Positions 9,068 to 17,739 of a DNA stretch of 50,425 nt are shown in pieces. The position numbers and the translations under genes were made by a program. Source of the stretch: a virus (taxonomy: Duplodnaviria > Caudoviricetes); IMG/VR virus record IMGVR_UViG_3300020045_005338, positions 1 through 50,425 of that record. One strand, given 5' to 3'. The notes below the pieces were generated by a model, which saw nothing but the letters and a program-made list of their open reading frames with translations, made no database searches and was not told the origin of the DNA. Position 1 is the first letter of the stretch. Each line of letters starts with the position of its first letter.

Positions 9068-9440
9068 ATTTGTTGTTATATTGGGAGTGATGTTTTTGAT
9101 GGCTTGTAATGCAACTTACGGGGTAAGGCCACTGTCTTCTGCGCTGAGTAGATCAGAAATAAGAGGGATGAAGGTAGAGCTTATTATGCAGTCATGCGAG
9201 TATCTTGTTAGCTCAGTGGAGAGAAGGAATCCAAGGTGGGCGGCTACCGTTGAAGAGCTTGAGATTCAGAGAGATCAGCTGGATCTTGCGACAGATAATC
9301 TTAACCGTCTTGATTTGATCACCAGCGAAAGGTTGAGAGAGCAAGTCGCGGATCTTAGGAGAAGGATTAGGATTAATCAGCAGGAAATATACGAGCGGAT
9401 GTTGGTTGTTATGAACCGGGCAGAGTTAAGATCAGCTTAA
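9048..9440 (+). CDS. Putative lipoprotein with coiled coil
   Basis: Basic N-terminus, hydrophobic stretch, lipobox LMAC. Confidence 0.6.
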   Translation: MSTKLFRFVVILGVMFLMACNATYGVRPLSSALSRSEIRGMKVELIMQSCEYLVSSVERRNPRWAATVEELEIQRDQLDLATDNLNRLDLITSERLREQVADLRRRIRINQQEIYERMLVVMNRAELRSA

Positions 9441-9451
9441 AGGAGGATGGC

Positions 9452-9790
9452 GTGAAAGATTGGTGCGAGCATTACAAAGGCGTTAGAGGTAATGAGGATC
9501 ATTTTCTAGATGGGACTTGTTGGGCTACTGTGACAAGAGCCTCGCATTGTCCATACTGTGCAGTCACCCGCCCCGCTGAGAAGCGGAAGCTTGCGGAGAT
9601 TGCGTGGGGAGCTTTTAATTACAATCCTAAAATGAGCTTTGAAGACGCTACATACAAAAAAGATTGGGAAAAGGTAGGCAGAGAAGTCATGGAAAGAATC
9701 TGCGAGGAGATTGATGAGATTACACAGACTGGAAACAAGTGGGTGAATTACACAACCATTAAACAACACCTGAAGGAGACTCTGTTATGA
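9452..9790 (+). CDS. Hypothetical protein with Cys/His zinc-binding-like N-terminus
   Basis: AAGGAGG RBS; WCEH...HCPYC. Confidence 0.7.
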   Translation: MKDWCEHYKGVRGNEDHFLDGTCWATVTRASHCPYCAVTRPAEKRKLAEIAWGAFNYNPKMSFEDATYKKDWEKVGREVMERICEEIDEITQTGNKWVNYTTIKQHLKETLL

Positions 9791-9909
9791 GAATAACATT
9801 TAAAAAATTTGATTTGTTTGATTGGTTCATAGTCTCATTACTAGGGTTAAATTTCTGCATGATGACTGTTAGATGCTGTCAATTATTTAATCAATACTTT
9901 AATAGATAA
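9787..9909 (+). CDS. Small membrane peptide (40 aa)
   Basis: Not in track; AAGGAG RBS, ATGA coupling; MRITFKKFDLFDWFIVSLLGLNFCMMTVRCCQLFNQYFNR. Confidence 0.5.
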   Translation: MRITFKKFDLFDWFIVSLLGLNFCMMTVRCCQLFNQYFNR

Positions 9910-9921
9910 GGACGAGCTGTT

Positions 9922-10008
9922 ATGAAAGAAGATTTAACATTCCTTTTTACAATTTTCATTACAGTGATTGGGTTGGTAATCAGTGAATGGATAATAAGGA
10001 GGAAGTGA
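9922..10008 (+). CDS. Small membrane peptide (28 aa)
   Basis: Not in track; MKEDLTFLFTIFITVIGLVISEWIIRRK, one TM segment plus basic tail. Confidence 0.5.
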   Translation: MKEDLTFLFTIFITVIGLVISEWIIRRK

Positions 10009-10011
10009 CCC

Positions 10012-10302
10012 ATGCCAAATAAAATGAAAGACCTTGAGCTGATGGCTGACGATGTGGTGCGGCATTCACAAAAAGAGCATCTTATTGCCATACACAAAGA
10101 TGTTGAAAAGACTTTGAAGGAGTTAATAGCCAAAGCCCTCCTCGAAGTGAGGAAGGATGCGTACAGGGAGTGTGCGGAGATTGCCTTCGATTTCGATTGC
10201 GATGCGCATGATTCAAGGACTCACGATTACGACTGCTGTGGGCACAAATGTAACGGAGAAATTAAGGATGTAATCCTAGCCAAGATGGAGGAGTTAAAAT
10301 GA
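10012..10302 (+). CDS. Hypothetical phage protein
   Basis: AGGAGG RBS; 'AYRECAEIA' motif of small accessory proteins. Confidence 0.7.
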   Translation: MPNKMKDLELMADDVVRHSQKEHLIAIHKDVEKTLKELIAKALLEVRKDAYRECAEIAFDFDCDAHDSRTHDYDCCGHKCNGEIKDVILAKMEELK

Positions 10303-10523
10303 ACTCAAAACCAGAACTCGCTTTCCCTTTTAAGTGTCAAAGCCCAACAATGGGTTCCGAGATTTACTACGGCATGACGCTTCGTGATTATTTTGCAGCT
10401 CATGCTCCAGATTGCCCCGAATGGTTCTACCAAATAAACGGAAATCAGAAAGCCACGCAGCGCACATTTGCGTTGTGGGCTTATAGCTACGCTGACGAAA
10501 TGATGAAAGCGAGAGGGCAATGA
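10299..10523 (+). CDS. Conserved small phage protein (AFP...GMTLRDYFAA family)
   Basis: AFP, GMTLRDYFAA and AYSYADEMMKAR motifs. Confidence 0.85.
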   Translation: MNSKPELAFPFKCQSPTMGSEIYYGMTLRDYFAAHAPDCPEWFYQINGNQKATQRTFALWAYSYADEMMKARGQ

Positions 10524-10876
10524 GCGCGAGACAAAAGGCTGAGGCGGAAGCGATTACAGTTGTAAAAAAGTGGATGAAGGATTGGTACGAAACCATGATT
10601 TATGAGAGAGATCCTTCGATGGAGGCTCTTGCTCTGCGTGTTTCCGACGCCCTAGAATCCAAGATCAAGGAGATTGAGAGTGTCTGGGAAGCGGCGGGGA
10701 AGTTGAAAGATGCCGTAAAATCTATGCTCGAAGCATATGTTCATGAATATTCAAACCTGTCTCAATGTGATTTCGATGACTCTGATGGTGACGGTTATAT
10801 TTTACAAGATTGCGCTAAAAGAGGAGCTGAAGAAGCCCTCAAACAGTTTGACAAGGTGATGGGAGGAGAGAAATGA
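10520..10876 (+). CDS. Hypothetical phage protein
   Basis: Coupled ORF in accessory array. Confidence 0.7.
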   Translation: MSARQKAEAEAITVVKKWMKDWYETMIYERDPSMEALALRVSDALESKIKEIESVWEAAGKLKDAVKSMLEAYVHEYSNLSQCDFDDSDGDGYILQDCAKRGAEEALKQFDKVMGGEK

Positions 10877-11100
10877 GGGAAGAAACTCTTGACAGAATAA
10901 TTGAGCGGGCAAAATCTAGGAAAGATGGAATATTTGTTCTCGACTGCATTCATTACGCAGTTAAAGACGGAAGAGTTCTTTTTTTAAACGACTTTGACGA
11001 GATATTCCAATTATCACATGGATTCTTGGTTAGCCTCGGTAAAGTAGATCGATATAAGGTTAGAAAAAAACTGCAAGAGCTTTTAAAAGGAGTGCTTTAA
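10873..11100 (+). CDS. Hypothetical phage protein
   Basis: GGAGGAG RBS, ATGA coupling. Confidence 0.7.
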   Translation: MREETLDRIIERAKSRKDGIFVLDCIHYAVKDGRVLFLNDFDEIFQLSHGFLVSLGKVDRYKVRKKLQELLKGVL

Positions 11101-11259
11101 ATGAACACCGACGCAGACAAAGCAGCGAAGGAGAGGATGATGAGGGAGATGTACAAGGACGCCGGGTTCGATTTCTCTGTTATCAATCCTGATGATATGA
11201 GAGGAACGCATTATGACTATCTTTTTGATAACCTGATACGAGCAGGTTGGAGGAAGTGA
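11101..11259 (+). CDS. Hypothetical protein (52 aa)
   Basis: Not in track; AAGGAG RBS; MNTDADKAAKERMMREMYKDAG...LIRAGWRK. Confidence 0.6.
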   Translation: MNTDADKAAKERMMREMYKDAGFDFSVINPDDMRGTHYDYLFDNLIRAGWRK

Positions 11260-11262
11260 GCC

Positions 11263-11385
11263 ATGACAAATAAGAACAAGACTAGAGCTAAGAAAAAGCA
11301 CGTCTGTAAGTTTGTTCCAAGGTGGATGATGTCTTTGCTTGGGTTGTCTTTTTTAGATGTTTGCAAATGCGGTAAGGTGAGGTGA
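11263..11385 (+). CDS. Small His/Cys zinc-finger-like protein (40 aa)
   Basis: Not in track; GGAGG RBS; HVC...CKCGK. Confidence 0.55.
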   Translation: MTNKNKTRAKKKHVCKFVPRWMMSLLGLSFLDVCKCGKVR

Positions 11386-11388
11386 GCC

Positions 11389-11628
11389 ATGAGTAACGAG
11401 TTCGAGGAGAAGCTGAAGAAAATACTTAGAGATTGTGCCTACTGTGATGACTGCTATTTTTCAAGTGAACCAGATGAGTTTGTAAAAAGGGTGAGGATGC
11501 TTATCAAAGAGTCGTTGCCGAAGAAGAAACCATTTAATAATGATATGTTTTTAAGAGAACAGTATTTTATTGAAGGGAAAAATTCGGCAATCCAAGAGAT
11601 GGAAAATAAGCTGGGGGTTGAGGGATGA
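11389..11628 (+). CDS. Hypothetical phage protein
   Basis: GAGGTG RBS; CAYCDDC; 'EGKNSAIQEM' tail. Confidence 0.7.
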   Translation: MSNEFEEKLKKILRDCAYCDDCYFSSEPDEFVKRVRMLIKESLPKKKPFNNDMFLREQYFIEGKNSAIQEMENKLGVEG

Positions 11629-11903
11629 TAAAGATCAGTAAGCGAGAGCTTGATTGTTTGAAGGTGCTTGATGAGTATTACCACAGCGATCAAAACTGCC
11701 TTTATTTCAGAGCTTTCACTTCGACAAAACTAAAAATCTCACAGGTCAGAAGAGCAGTTCGGTCATTGGCAAGAAAAGGATATGCGGAATATGTTAGAGG
11801 GCTATTCGATGACGATGGCATGGTGGCTGGGAGTGGATACTGCATAACTAAAAAAGGTCATGAGTTTTTAAATCCAGCAACTGAGAAACCAAAGGAGAAT
11901 TGA
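11625..11903 (+). CDS. Winged helix-turn-helix protein
   Basis: QVRRAVRSLARKGY recognition helix and YCITKKG wing. Confidence 0.75.
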   Translation: MIKISKRELDCLKVLDEYYHSDQNCLYFRAFTSTKLKISQVRRAVRSLARKGYAEYVRGLFDDDGMVAGSGYCITKKGHEFLNPATEKPKEN

Positions 11904-11904
11904 G

Positions 11905-12261
11905 ATGAGAAAATTAGAGATCGGAACAGAGAAGTACACGCAGGTGTTCGCAACGGATGAAAAGGAGTTTAATGCGAATCACGTTTATGAGGTTAAGTCG
12001 ATCCCAGCAGAAACCTCAGAGCGTATTCTTACCCATGTGAAGTTCCAAAAAGGGCCAATCAAAGAGAATGGCGTGAATGGATGCTGTAACGAGGACTTGA
12101 TTGCTATGGTGATTGATCGCCTGAACAGTTTTCAGGAGTCCCCATATAAATGCCGCGAGAACGCTATTGCGATTACGAAGCTTGAAGAGGCTTTACTTTG
12201 GCTGCGCAAGCGAACGATGGATCGTGAACGTCGAAACGTGGAAGGAACGCATACAGTTTAA
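11905..12261 (+). CDS. tad1: Tad1-family anti-Thoeris/CBASS signal sponge protein
   Basis: KFQKGP...NG...EDLI...DRL..FQ..PY.CRENA.AITKLEEALLWL..R..DR..RNVEGT follows the Tad1 pattern as I recall it (KFQKG...[45 protein letters not shown]). Confidence 0.85.
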   Translation: MRKLEIGTEKYTQVFATDEKEFNANHVYEVKSIPAETSERILTHVKFQKGPIKENGVNGCCNEDLIAMVIDRLNSFQESPYKCRENAIAITKLEEALLWLRKRTMDRERRNVEGTHTV

Positions 12262-12271
12262 GGATTAAAAA

Positions 12272-12399
12272 CCGGGTGTGGGTGGCTGAAGATAAGGCAC
12301 CTTCGTTGGCTTAACCTTAAGGCGTGGCATGGAGCCAGAGGGGTTGTTGAATACGCCTTGGGAAGAACTTGCAGGTATCGAATCCTGCCCCGCACTCGG
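12272..12399 (+). ncRNA. tRNA-like RNA with a large insert in place of the anticodon loop
   Basis: 11-bp closing stem CCGGGTGTGGG/CCCGCACTCGG; D-arm-like TGGCTGAAGATAAGGC; T-arm GCAGG-TATCGAAT-CCTGC; inner 10-bp stem CTTAAGGCGT/ACGCCTTGGG. Confidence 0.65.
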
Positions 12400-12441
12400 C
12401 TAATTACCAATTTAGTATTCAACTCATAGAAAGGAAACCAA

Positions 12442-13860
12442 ATGAAGATTCTTCTTGGCTATCCATCATTTCCAGAGGTTGGAAATTATCAGGTCGGCCA
12501 AAATCGGCAAGCGCAGAGATTTGAGCATGGAGCCTACATTTTTCCTGTAGTTCCGGCTTATGCCGCGACTATGCTGAGGAATGAAGGGCATGATGTTGTG
12601 TGGAGTGATGGCCCAGCAGAAGGGAAAGACTGGTTTGAACAGCTCCATTGGATAGCCTTCAATAAGCCCGACATGATTGCATGGGAAGTAAAGACTCCTA
12701 CAGTAAAGAGGGTATGGCCGCTCATTGACCGCATCAAAGAGGTATCACCTTCTACCAAATGCATCCTTATGGGAGACCATATCACAGCACTCCCAGAAGA
12801 AACCTTGAACAACTGTGCCGTTGACCAGGTGATTGTCGGCGGGGACTATGATTTTAGTTTGCTTGCCATCACACGAGGAAACAATGAAAGAATAGTAAAT
12901 ATTGGAACTCACTCAGACTTAAATACTCTTCCAGTAATCGACAGGAACCTAACCAAATGGAGACTTTATGGCGAAGAAAAAGGGAGCGGCAACTACAAGT
13001 ATCTTCCGGGCACTCACACTATGTTTGGACGAGATTGTTGGTGGCGTCACGAAGGAGGATGCACATTCTGTTCATGGACAAATACATATAAAAATTGGCG
13101 TGTCATGTCAGTCGAAAGTGCAATGGCGGAGATTGAGAAATGTGCTTCCGTCGGAGCTCGTGAAGTGTTTGACGATACTGGAACATTCCCTATAGGCTCG
13201 TGGCTTCATAAATTCTGCGATGAATTGCGTAAATTTAATAAAGGATTAAGGCATGGTAAAGCTAAGATTACTATGGGATGTAACATGCGTCCTGGGGCCA
13301 TTTATGCTGAAGATTGGAAAGCTATGGCATCATCAGGATTCAGGTTCATTTTATTTGGACTGGAATCTGCAAACCAAGAAACTATTGGTAAAATCAATAA
13401 AGGCCAGAATGATGGCGATATTGAAAGAAGCTGTAGGGAAGCAAGCAATGCGGGACTTGATCCTCATGCAACCTGTATGGTCGGATACCCGTGGGAAACA
13501 AAGCGGGAAGCCCAGCAAACAATTGATCTTACTAGAAACCTGTTTAAGAAGGGATGGATTAAGACGCTTCAGGCAACTATTGTTATCCCTTACCCTGGAA
13601 CAAAATTATTCAAGGATTGCGAGGAAGAAGGCCTTCTCAAAACCAAAGACTGGAATGAATATGATATGAGGAAGCCAGTTATGAAATGCCCGATGAGCGA
13701 TGAAGAGGTTTTGGCAATGACTCGCGGGATTTATAAAAGCTGTGTTACCCCAAGTTTCATTACAAAGAAGCTGTTAACCATAAGGAGCTTAGATGACATT
13801 AAGTTCATGGCTAAAGGGTTTCGTTATATGCTTGGGCATCTGCGCGATTTTACCAACTAA
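12442..13860 (+). CDS. Cobalamin-binding radical SAM protein
   Basis: N-terminal B12-binding-like domain (AYAATML, GDHITALPEE), C-x7-C-x2-C (CWWRHEGGCTFC), GLES, PYPGT. Confidence 0.9.
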   Translation: MKILLGYPSFPEVGNYQVGQNRQAQRFEHGAYIFPVVPAYAATMLRNEGHDVVWSDGPAEGKDWFEQLHWIAFNKPDMIAWEVKTPTVKRVWPLIDRIKEVSPSTKCILMGDHITALPEETLNNCAVDQVIVGGDYDFSLLAITRGNNERIVNIGTHSDLNTLPVIDRNLTKWRLYGEEKGSGNYKYLPGTHTMFGRDCWWRHEGGCTFCSWTNTYKNWRVMSVESAMAEIEKCASVGAREVFDDTGTFPIGSWLHKFCDELRKFNKGLRHGKAKITMGCNMRPGAIYAEDWKAMASSGFRFILFGLESANQETIGKINKGQNDGDIERSCREASNAGLDPHATCMVGYPWETKREAQQTIDLTRNLFKKGWIKTLQATIVIPYPGTKLFKDCEEEGLLKTKDWNEYDMRKPVMKCPMSDEEVLAMTRGIYKSCVTPSFITKKLLTIRSLDDIKFMAKGFRYMLGHLRDFTN

Positions 13861-13870
13861 AGGAGAATGT

Positions 13871-14257
13871 ATGGCAAGAGATTATGTAACAGAAACATTG
13901 ATGGGTGAAGCGTTAGGGGAAGGAGAGCTTGGAATGAGGGCCGTAGCTGAAGTAATCAAGAATAGAGCCGCCGAGCGAGGACTTAGCCCGGAACAAGTGG
14001 TTCTCCAGCCCAAGCAATTCTCGTTCTGGAATAACCCGATTACGTCTCAAACATTCCTCAAAAAGAATGGAAGCAAAGATAATTATGCAAAAGCCAAGAA
14101 AGTTTGGGATGCTGTCATAGCCGGGCAAAATGAGCTTGTCGGAAACTCAAATTTGTATCACGTTGCAACCATGAAAAAGTTTCCGAGCTGGGCAAAATCA
14201 AAGAATGTTAAGAAGGTGACACAGGTCGGCAACCATATCTTCTACCAAGAATCATGA
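13871..14257 (+). CDS. SleB/Hydrolase_2 cell-wall hydrolase (lytic transglycosylase)
   Basis: GEALGEG...AVAEVIKNR...QPKQFSFWN...YH...VGNHIFY; AAGGAG RBS before ATG 13871. Confidence 0.9.
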   Translation: MARDYVTETLMGEALGEGELGMRAVAEVIKNRAAERGLSPEQVVLQPKQFSFWNNPITSQTFLKKNGSKDNYAKAKKVWDAVIAGQNELVGNSNLYHVATMKKFPSWAKSKNVKKVTQVGNHIFYQES

Positions 14258-14979
14258 CAATACTTCTTACGGGCGGTAGCGGGTTATTAGGAAAAAGTCT
14301 GCTTGAGTGCATAGATGATATTCCTGTTGTTCCTCCAACCCATAAAAGCTTTGATATTGTTACCATCGGAGAAAAGATTAAAGACAGGCAATACAGAGAT
14401 TCAATGAAGAATCTTTTTGATTTGATTGTGCATTGTGCGGCTTATACAGATTTAGCCAGCGCCGAGCTTAACAAAGAAGAATGCTACAAAACCAATGTTC
14501 TTGGAACCAGGAATCTAGCCCGTCTAGGAATTCCGATGCTATATATCAGCACGGAGTATGTCTTTGACGGAGAAAAAGGAAACTATTGTGAGGAAGATTA
14601 CCCGAACCCGAAAAATTTCTATGGCCTTACAAAACTTATGGGGGAATACCAAAGTAGACGAACTCGGTCAGTCGTTGTTAGATGCCTCTTCAAACCTAGA
14701 CCATTTAAACACGCATTTGGGTGCATTGACCAGTTCACGACGGGAGATTATGTTAACATCATCGCACCTGAGATTGCTCTCGCAATTAAAAAATTCAACC
14801 ATCTTCCTCCAACGGTGCATATCGGAACTGGAAAGAAGAGCACCTATGAGCTCGCAAGAGAAACAAGAGAGGTTGGACAAATTAGCATTAATGATGTCAG
14901 AGGAGTATCGCTCCCAAGAGACACAAGTTTAGATTGTAGTAAGTGGAATAAACTAAAGGAGAGATTCCGTGAAGATTGA
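14254..14979 (+). CDS. RmlD-like NDP-4-keto-sugar reductase (SDR)
   Basis: GGSGLLG, HCAAYT, ISTEYVFDG, YGLTK. Confidence 0.9.
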   Translation: MTILLTGGSGLLGKSLLECIDDIPVVPPTHKSFDIVTIGEKIKDRQYRDSMKNLFDLIVHCAAYTDLASAELNKEECYKTNVLGTRNLARLGIPMLYISTEYVFDGEKGNYCEEDYPNPKNFYGLTKLMGEYQSRRTRSVVVRCLFKPRPFKHAFGCIDQFTTGDYVNIIAPEIALAIKKFNHLPPTVHIGTGKKSTYELARETREVGQISINDVRGVSLPRDTSLDCSKWNKLKERFRED

Positions 14980-16105
14980 TTTTGCTAAGGCGTGTTTTGG
15001 GAAAGAAGAAGTGAAGGCTGTGAATAGAGTGATGCGGGGAATTTGGCTTGCGTCAGGCAAAGAGAATGAAATGTTTGAGAAAGAGTTTGCGAAGTATATT
15101 GGAGTCAAATATGCGGTGTGTGTGAATTCTGGGAGCTCGGCAAATTTGCTGGCACTGGCCAGCCTTAACCTTCCCAAAGGCTCCAAAGTTTTAACTTCTG
15201 CATGCGGATTCCCGGCAACTCTTTCTCCCATCATTCATCTTGGGCTAAAACCAGTGTTAGTGGATTATGATGTTAATACCTGCAATATTGATGTTGGGAA
15301 GGTTTTTGATAGCATCCAAGGAGTGAAAGCCATTATCTTTGCGCATACCCTTGGAAATCCTGTAGAAATGGAGTATCTCATCCAATATTGCCGCGAGGAA
15401 GGCATCCATGTTATTGAGGATTGCTGTGAAGCAGTGGGTGCGTCCTACCAAGGCAAGAAAGTTGGAAGCCACGGAACTCTCGGCACGTATTCTTTTTATC
15501 CGGCGCATCAGATGACTGCGCTTGGCGGCGGCGGCATGGTAGTCACAGACAATGAAGAATTATACAAGCGCATGAAAAGTCTGCGAGACTGGGGAAAGAT
15601 GTATGACTGGGATTCAGACAAGGGCGGAAATGACACAGATTTTAGCTCTCCAATTAAGTATCACCGTGGATATACCTATGAAACTATAGGCTGGAATATG
15701 AAGCTTCCAGAGGCCAATGCCGCGTTTGGAAGGGTTCAGCTTAAAAGGCTTGATTTATTCAATGTATATAGGTTTATCATTCATAAAGATGTAAGAAGTA
15801 GGGTTAAAAACAAAAATATATTCATAAAACAAATTGATACGCTTGACTCAGCACCATTTGGAATATGTCTGCTTACCAAGCATAGAAACAAGCTGAGTAA
15901 ATATCTGTCAAAGCACGGCATCAAGAATCGCCCATTCTTTGCTGGCAATATTTTAAGGCATGAACCGTTCAAGCATCTTGATACTGCTTCTAAGTTTCCA
16001 GGCGCAGACTGGCTCATGAACCGCGCCCTCTTCATTGGATGCTGGCCATCCATGACAACCAAACAGGTTAACTACATGATAAAGGTGCTCAATGCTTACA
16101 GTTAG
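14969..16105 (+). CDS. DegT-fold PLP/PMP enzyme, RfbH/ColD-type NDP-4-keto-6-deoxyhexose 3-dehydratase
   Basis: NSGSSANLLA, AHTLGNP, IEDCCEA and SFYPAHQMT (His at the catalytic Lys position). Confidence 0.85.
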   Translation: MKIDFAKACFGKEEVKAVNRVMRGIWLASGKENEMFEKEFAKYIGVKYAVCVNSGSSANLLALASLNLPKGSKVLTSACGFPATLSPIIHLGLKPVLVDYDVNTCNIDVGKVFDSIQGVKAIIFAHTLGNPVEMEYLIQYCREEGIHVIEDCCEAVGASYQGKKVGSHGTLGTYSFYPAHQMTALGGGGMVVTDNEELYKRMKSLRDWGKMYDWDSDKGGNDTDFSSPIKYHRGYTYETIGWNMKLPEANAAFGRVQLKRLDLFNVYRFIIHKDVRSRVKNKNIFIKQIDTLDSAPFGICLLTKHRNKLSKYLSKHGIKNRPFFAGNILRHEPFKHLDTASKFPGADWLMNRALFIGCWPSMTTKQVNYMIKVLNAYS

Positions 16106-16772
16106 CATTTTGAATTACAATGGAAAAGGAATGCTTGAAAAGAGTGTTGAGAGCGTGCTTAAGCAAGAGCATAAGCCGGATGAAATCATTGTGGTGGATA
16201 ATAACTCTACAGATGAGTCATGGAAGCTTGTAGAAGGCCATGTCTCAAGAGTCGTCCACGCAGATAATCAGCATCGATTCATAACAGGACTCAATGTCTC
16301 ATTTGAAGAAGCGAATGGTGACACAGTACTTTTTATGGAGAACGATATTCACCTGATGCCTGATTGTCTGCGCGAGATGACTGATGCTGTAGGGATGTAT
16401 AGCAAGGGCGATATCATCAGCCCTCATTTCTTTGATTCAAACTTTCACAAGTATAAGATTGAATGGTATGCCGGGTTTTTGTCAGCATGCTTTATGATGC
16501 ATAAGTCCACCTTCAAGAAGATCGGGCCTTTTGATATCAATTTAGCCCCGGCTTATTGGGAGGATGTTGATTACTCAATTAGAGCGCGAAGGCTTGGATG
16601 CCGCACAAAGAAGGGGATTGGAAAGGCAATCCACTACGCCAACTGGTCATTTAGCAAGGTGTTCACGAAGAAACAGATGAGCGGGTGGTGTCGGCGTAAC
16701 GCCTGGTATATCGCTAAGAAACATTATCTTAGCCGTGTCTTCCCGTTTTTATGTAATGAAAAAAACGGTTAG
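16092..16772 (+). CDS. Glycosyltransferase family 2
   Basis: ILNYNG, VVDNNSTD, END, YWEDVDYSIR. Confidence 0.9.
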   Translation: MLTVSILNYNGKGMLEKSVESVLKQEHKPDEIIVVDNNSTDESWKLVEGHVSRVVHADNQHRFITGLNVSFEEANGDTVLFMENDIHLMPDCLREMTDAVGMYSKGDIISPHFFDSNFHKYKIEWYAGFLSACFMMHKSTFKKIGPFDINLAPAYWEDVDYSIRARRLGCRTKKGIGKAIHYANWSFSKVFTKKQMSGWCRRNAWYIAKKHYLSRVFPFLCNEKNG

Positions 16773-17739
16773 TGTAGTAGCTAATCGGAGGATTCCTTTT
16801 AACTGTTTTAAATAACTCAGCATCACTAACTTTTCTTTTACTCTGAACCAGGGAGCGTTTATGAAGGATTCTTCGAAGGTTATTTACAACGTACCAGAGA
16901 CCTTTAAGGATGTAGAAGCCAGCTTCGCGCTTCCCTGTGATGAGCATTCCCATGCTAGCCATGAACCATACGAGTACTTGTGTAATTATAGGAACAACAA
17001 GATTGTGTGTCTCAAGATTTGTAAGGAGCATGGTGATGTAGTTACGACAACCGTTAAAATACACTCTCCTAGGGATGTAGAAATCTTGCGGTTTAAACCG
17101 GGTATTGAAGGCGTGATAAGTAACTGAGGATGGAACGAATAAAACATTATAGCCGAGTAACCAGACACGCCATGAAAGATCAGTCTCTTCACCTAAAATT
17201 TCGTAGGACGGATCATACATCCCAGCTTCTGAAAAAACCCTTCTGTGAATCATGCAGGAAGCGGATTTTCCCGCTAATACAGGTTCTACTTTATCGAACT
17301 GTCCGTAGTCTTTGCAACCTGATTCAGCTCTCGCCCAAAGAAACCCGCTCCAAGTTAAGAAAGATCCGGCTTCGTCGAATAGATCATGAAATTCCATGTT
17401 TAGGAGTTTTCCGAAAACAAGCCCAACTTTATCTTGCTGGAGTGTTTTTGCCATCTCGCTCACGGCATACAAAGTAACTTCGATGTCATCGTCAAAGAAG
17501 GCAATGAGATTGTGCTGAGCGAATTTAAAGGCAATGTTGCGCTTGTAGGCCGGGCCACCTTCGCAGTAGATAGCAATGACTCCGGGTTTATTCTGGTAGA
17601 AATCAACACAAGCTTGGTCGGATGATGCAATGATGATTTCTAGCTCAACATCACGAGACTTTTGAAGGCTTTCAACAGCCTTATCAATAAGATTACCCTT
17701 GTGATGGCAGAGAATCGCTGAGACTTTTAAAGTGTCCAT
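16729..17739 (-). CDS. Glycosyltransferase family 2
   Basis: KRN.A, FFDDD, GEETDLSWRVWLLG, VTYH. Confidence 0.9.
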   Translation of the reverse strand: MDTLKVSAILCHHKGNLIDKAVESLQKSRDVELEIIIASSDQACVDFYQNKPGVIAIYCEGGPAYKRNIAFKFAQHNLIAFFDDDIEVTLYAVSEMAKTLQQDKVGLVFGKLLNMEFHDLFDEAGSFLTWSGFLWARAESGCKDYGQFDKVEPVLAGKSASCMIHRRVFSEAGMYDPSYEILGEETDLSWRVWLLGYNVLFVPSSVTYHAFNTRFKPQDFYIPRRVYFNGCRNYITMLLTNLETHNLVVPIITQVLVWFMASMGMLITGKREAGFYILKGLWYVVNNLRRILHKRSLVQSKRKVSDAELFKTVKRNPPISYYTNRFFHYIKTGRHG

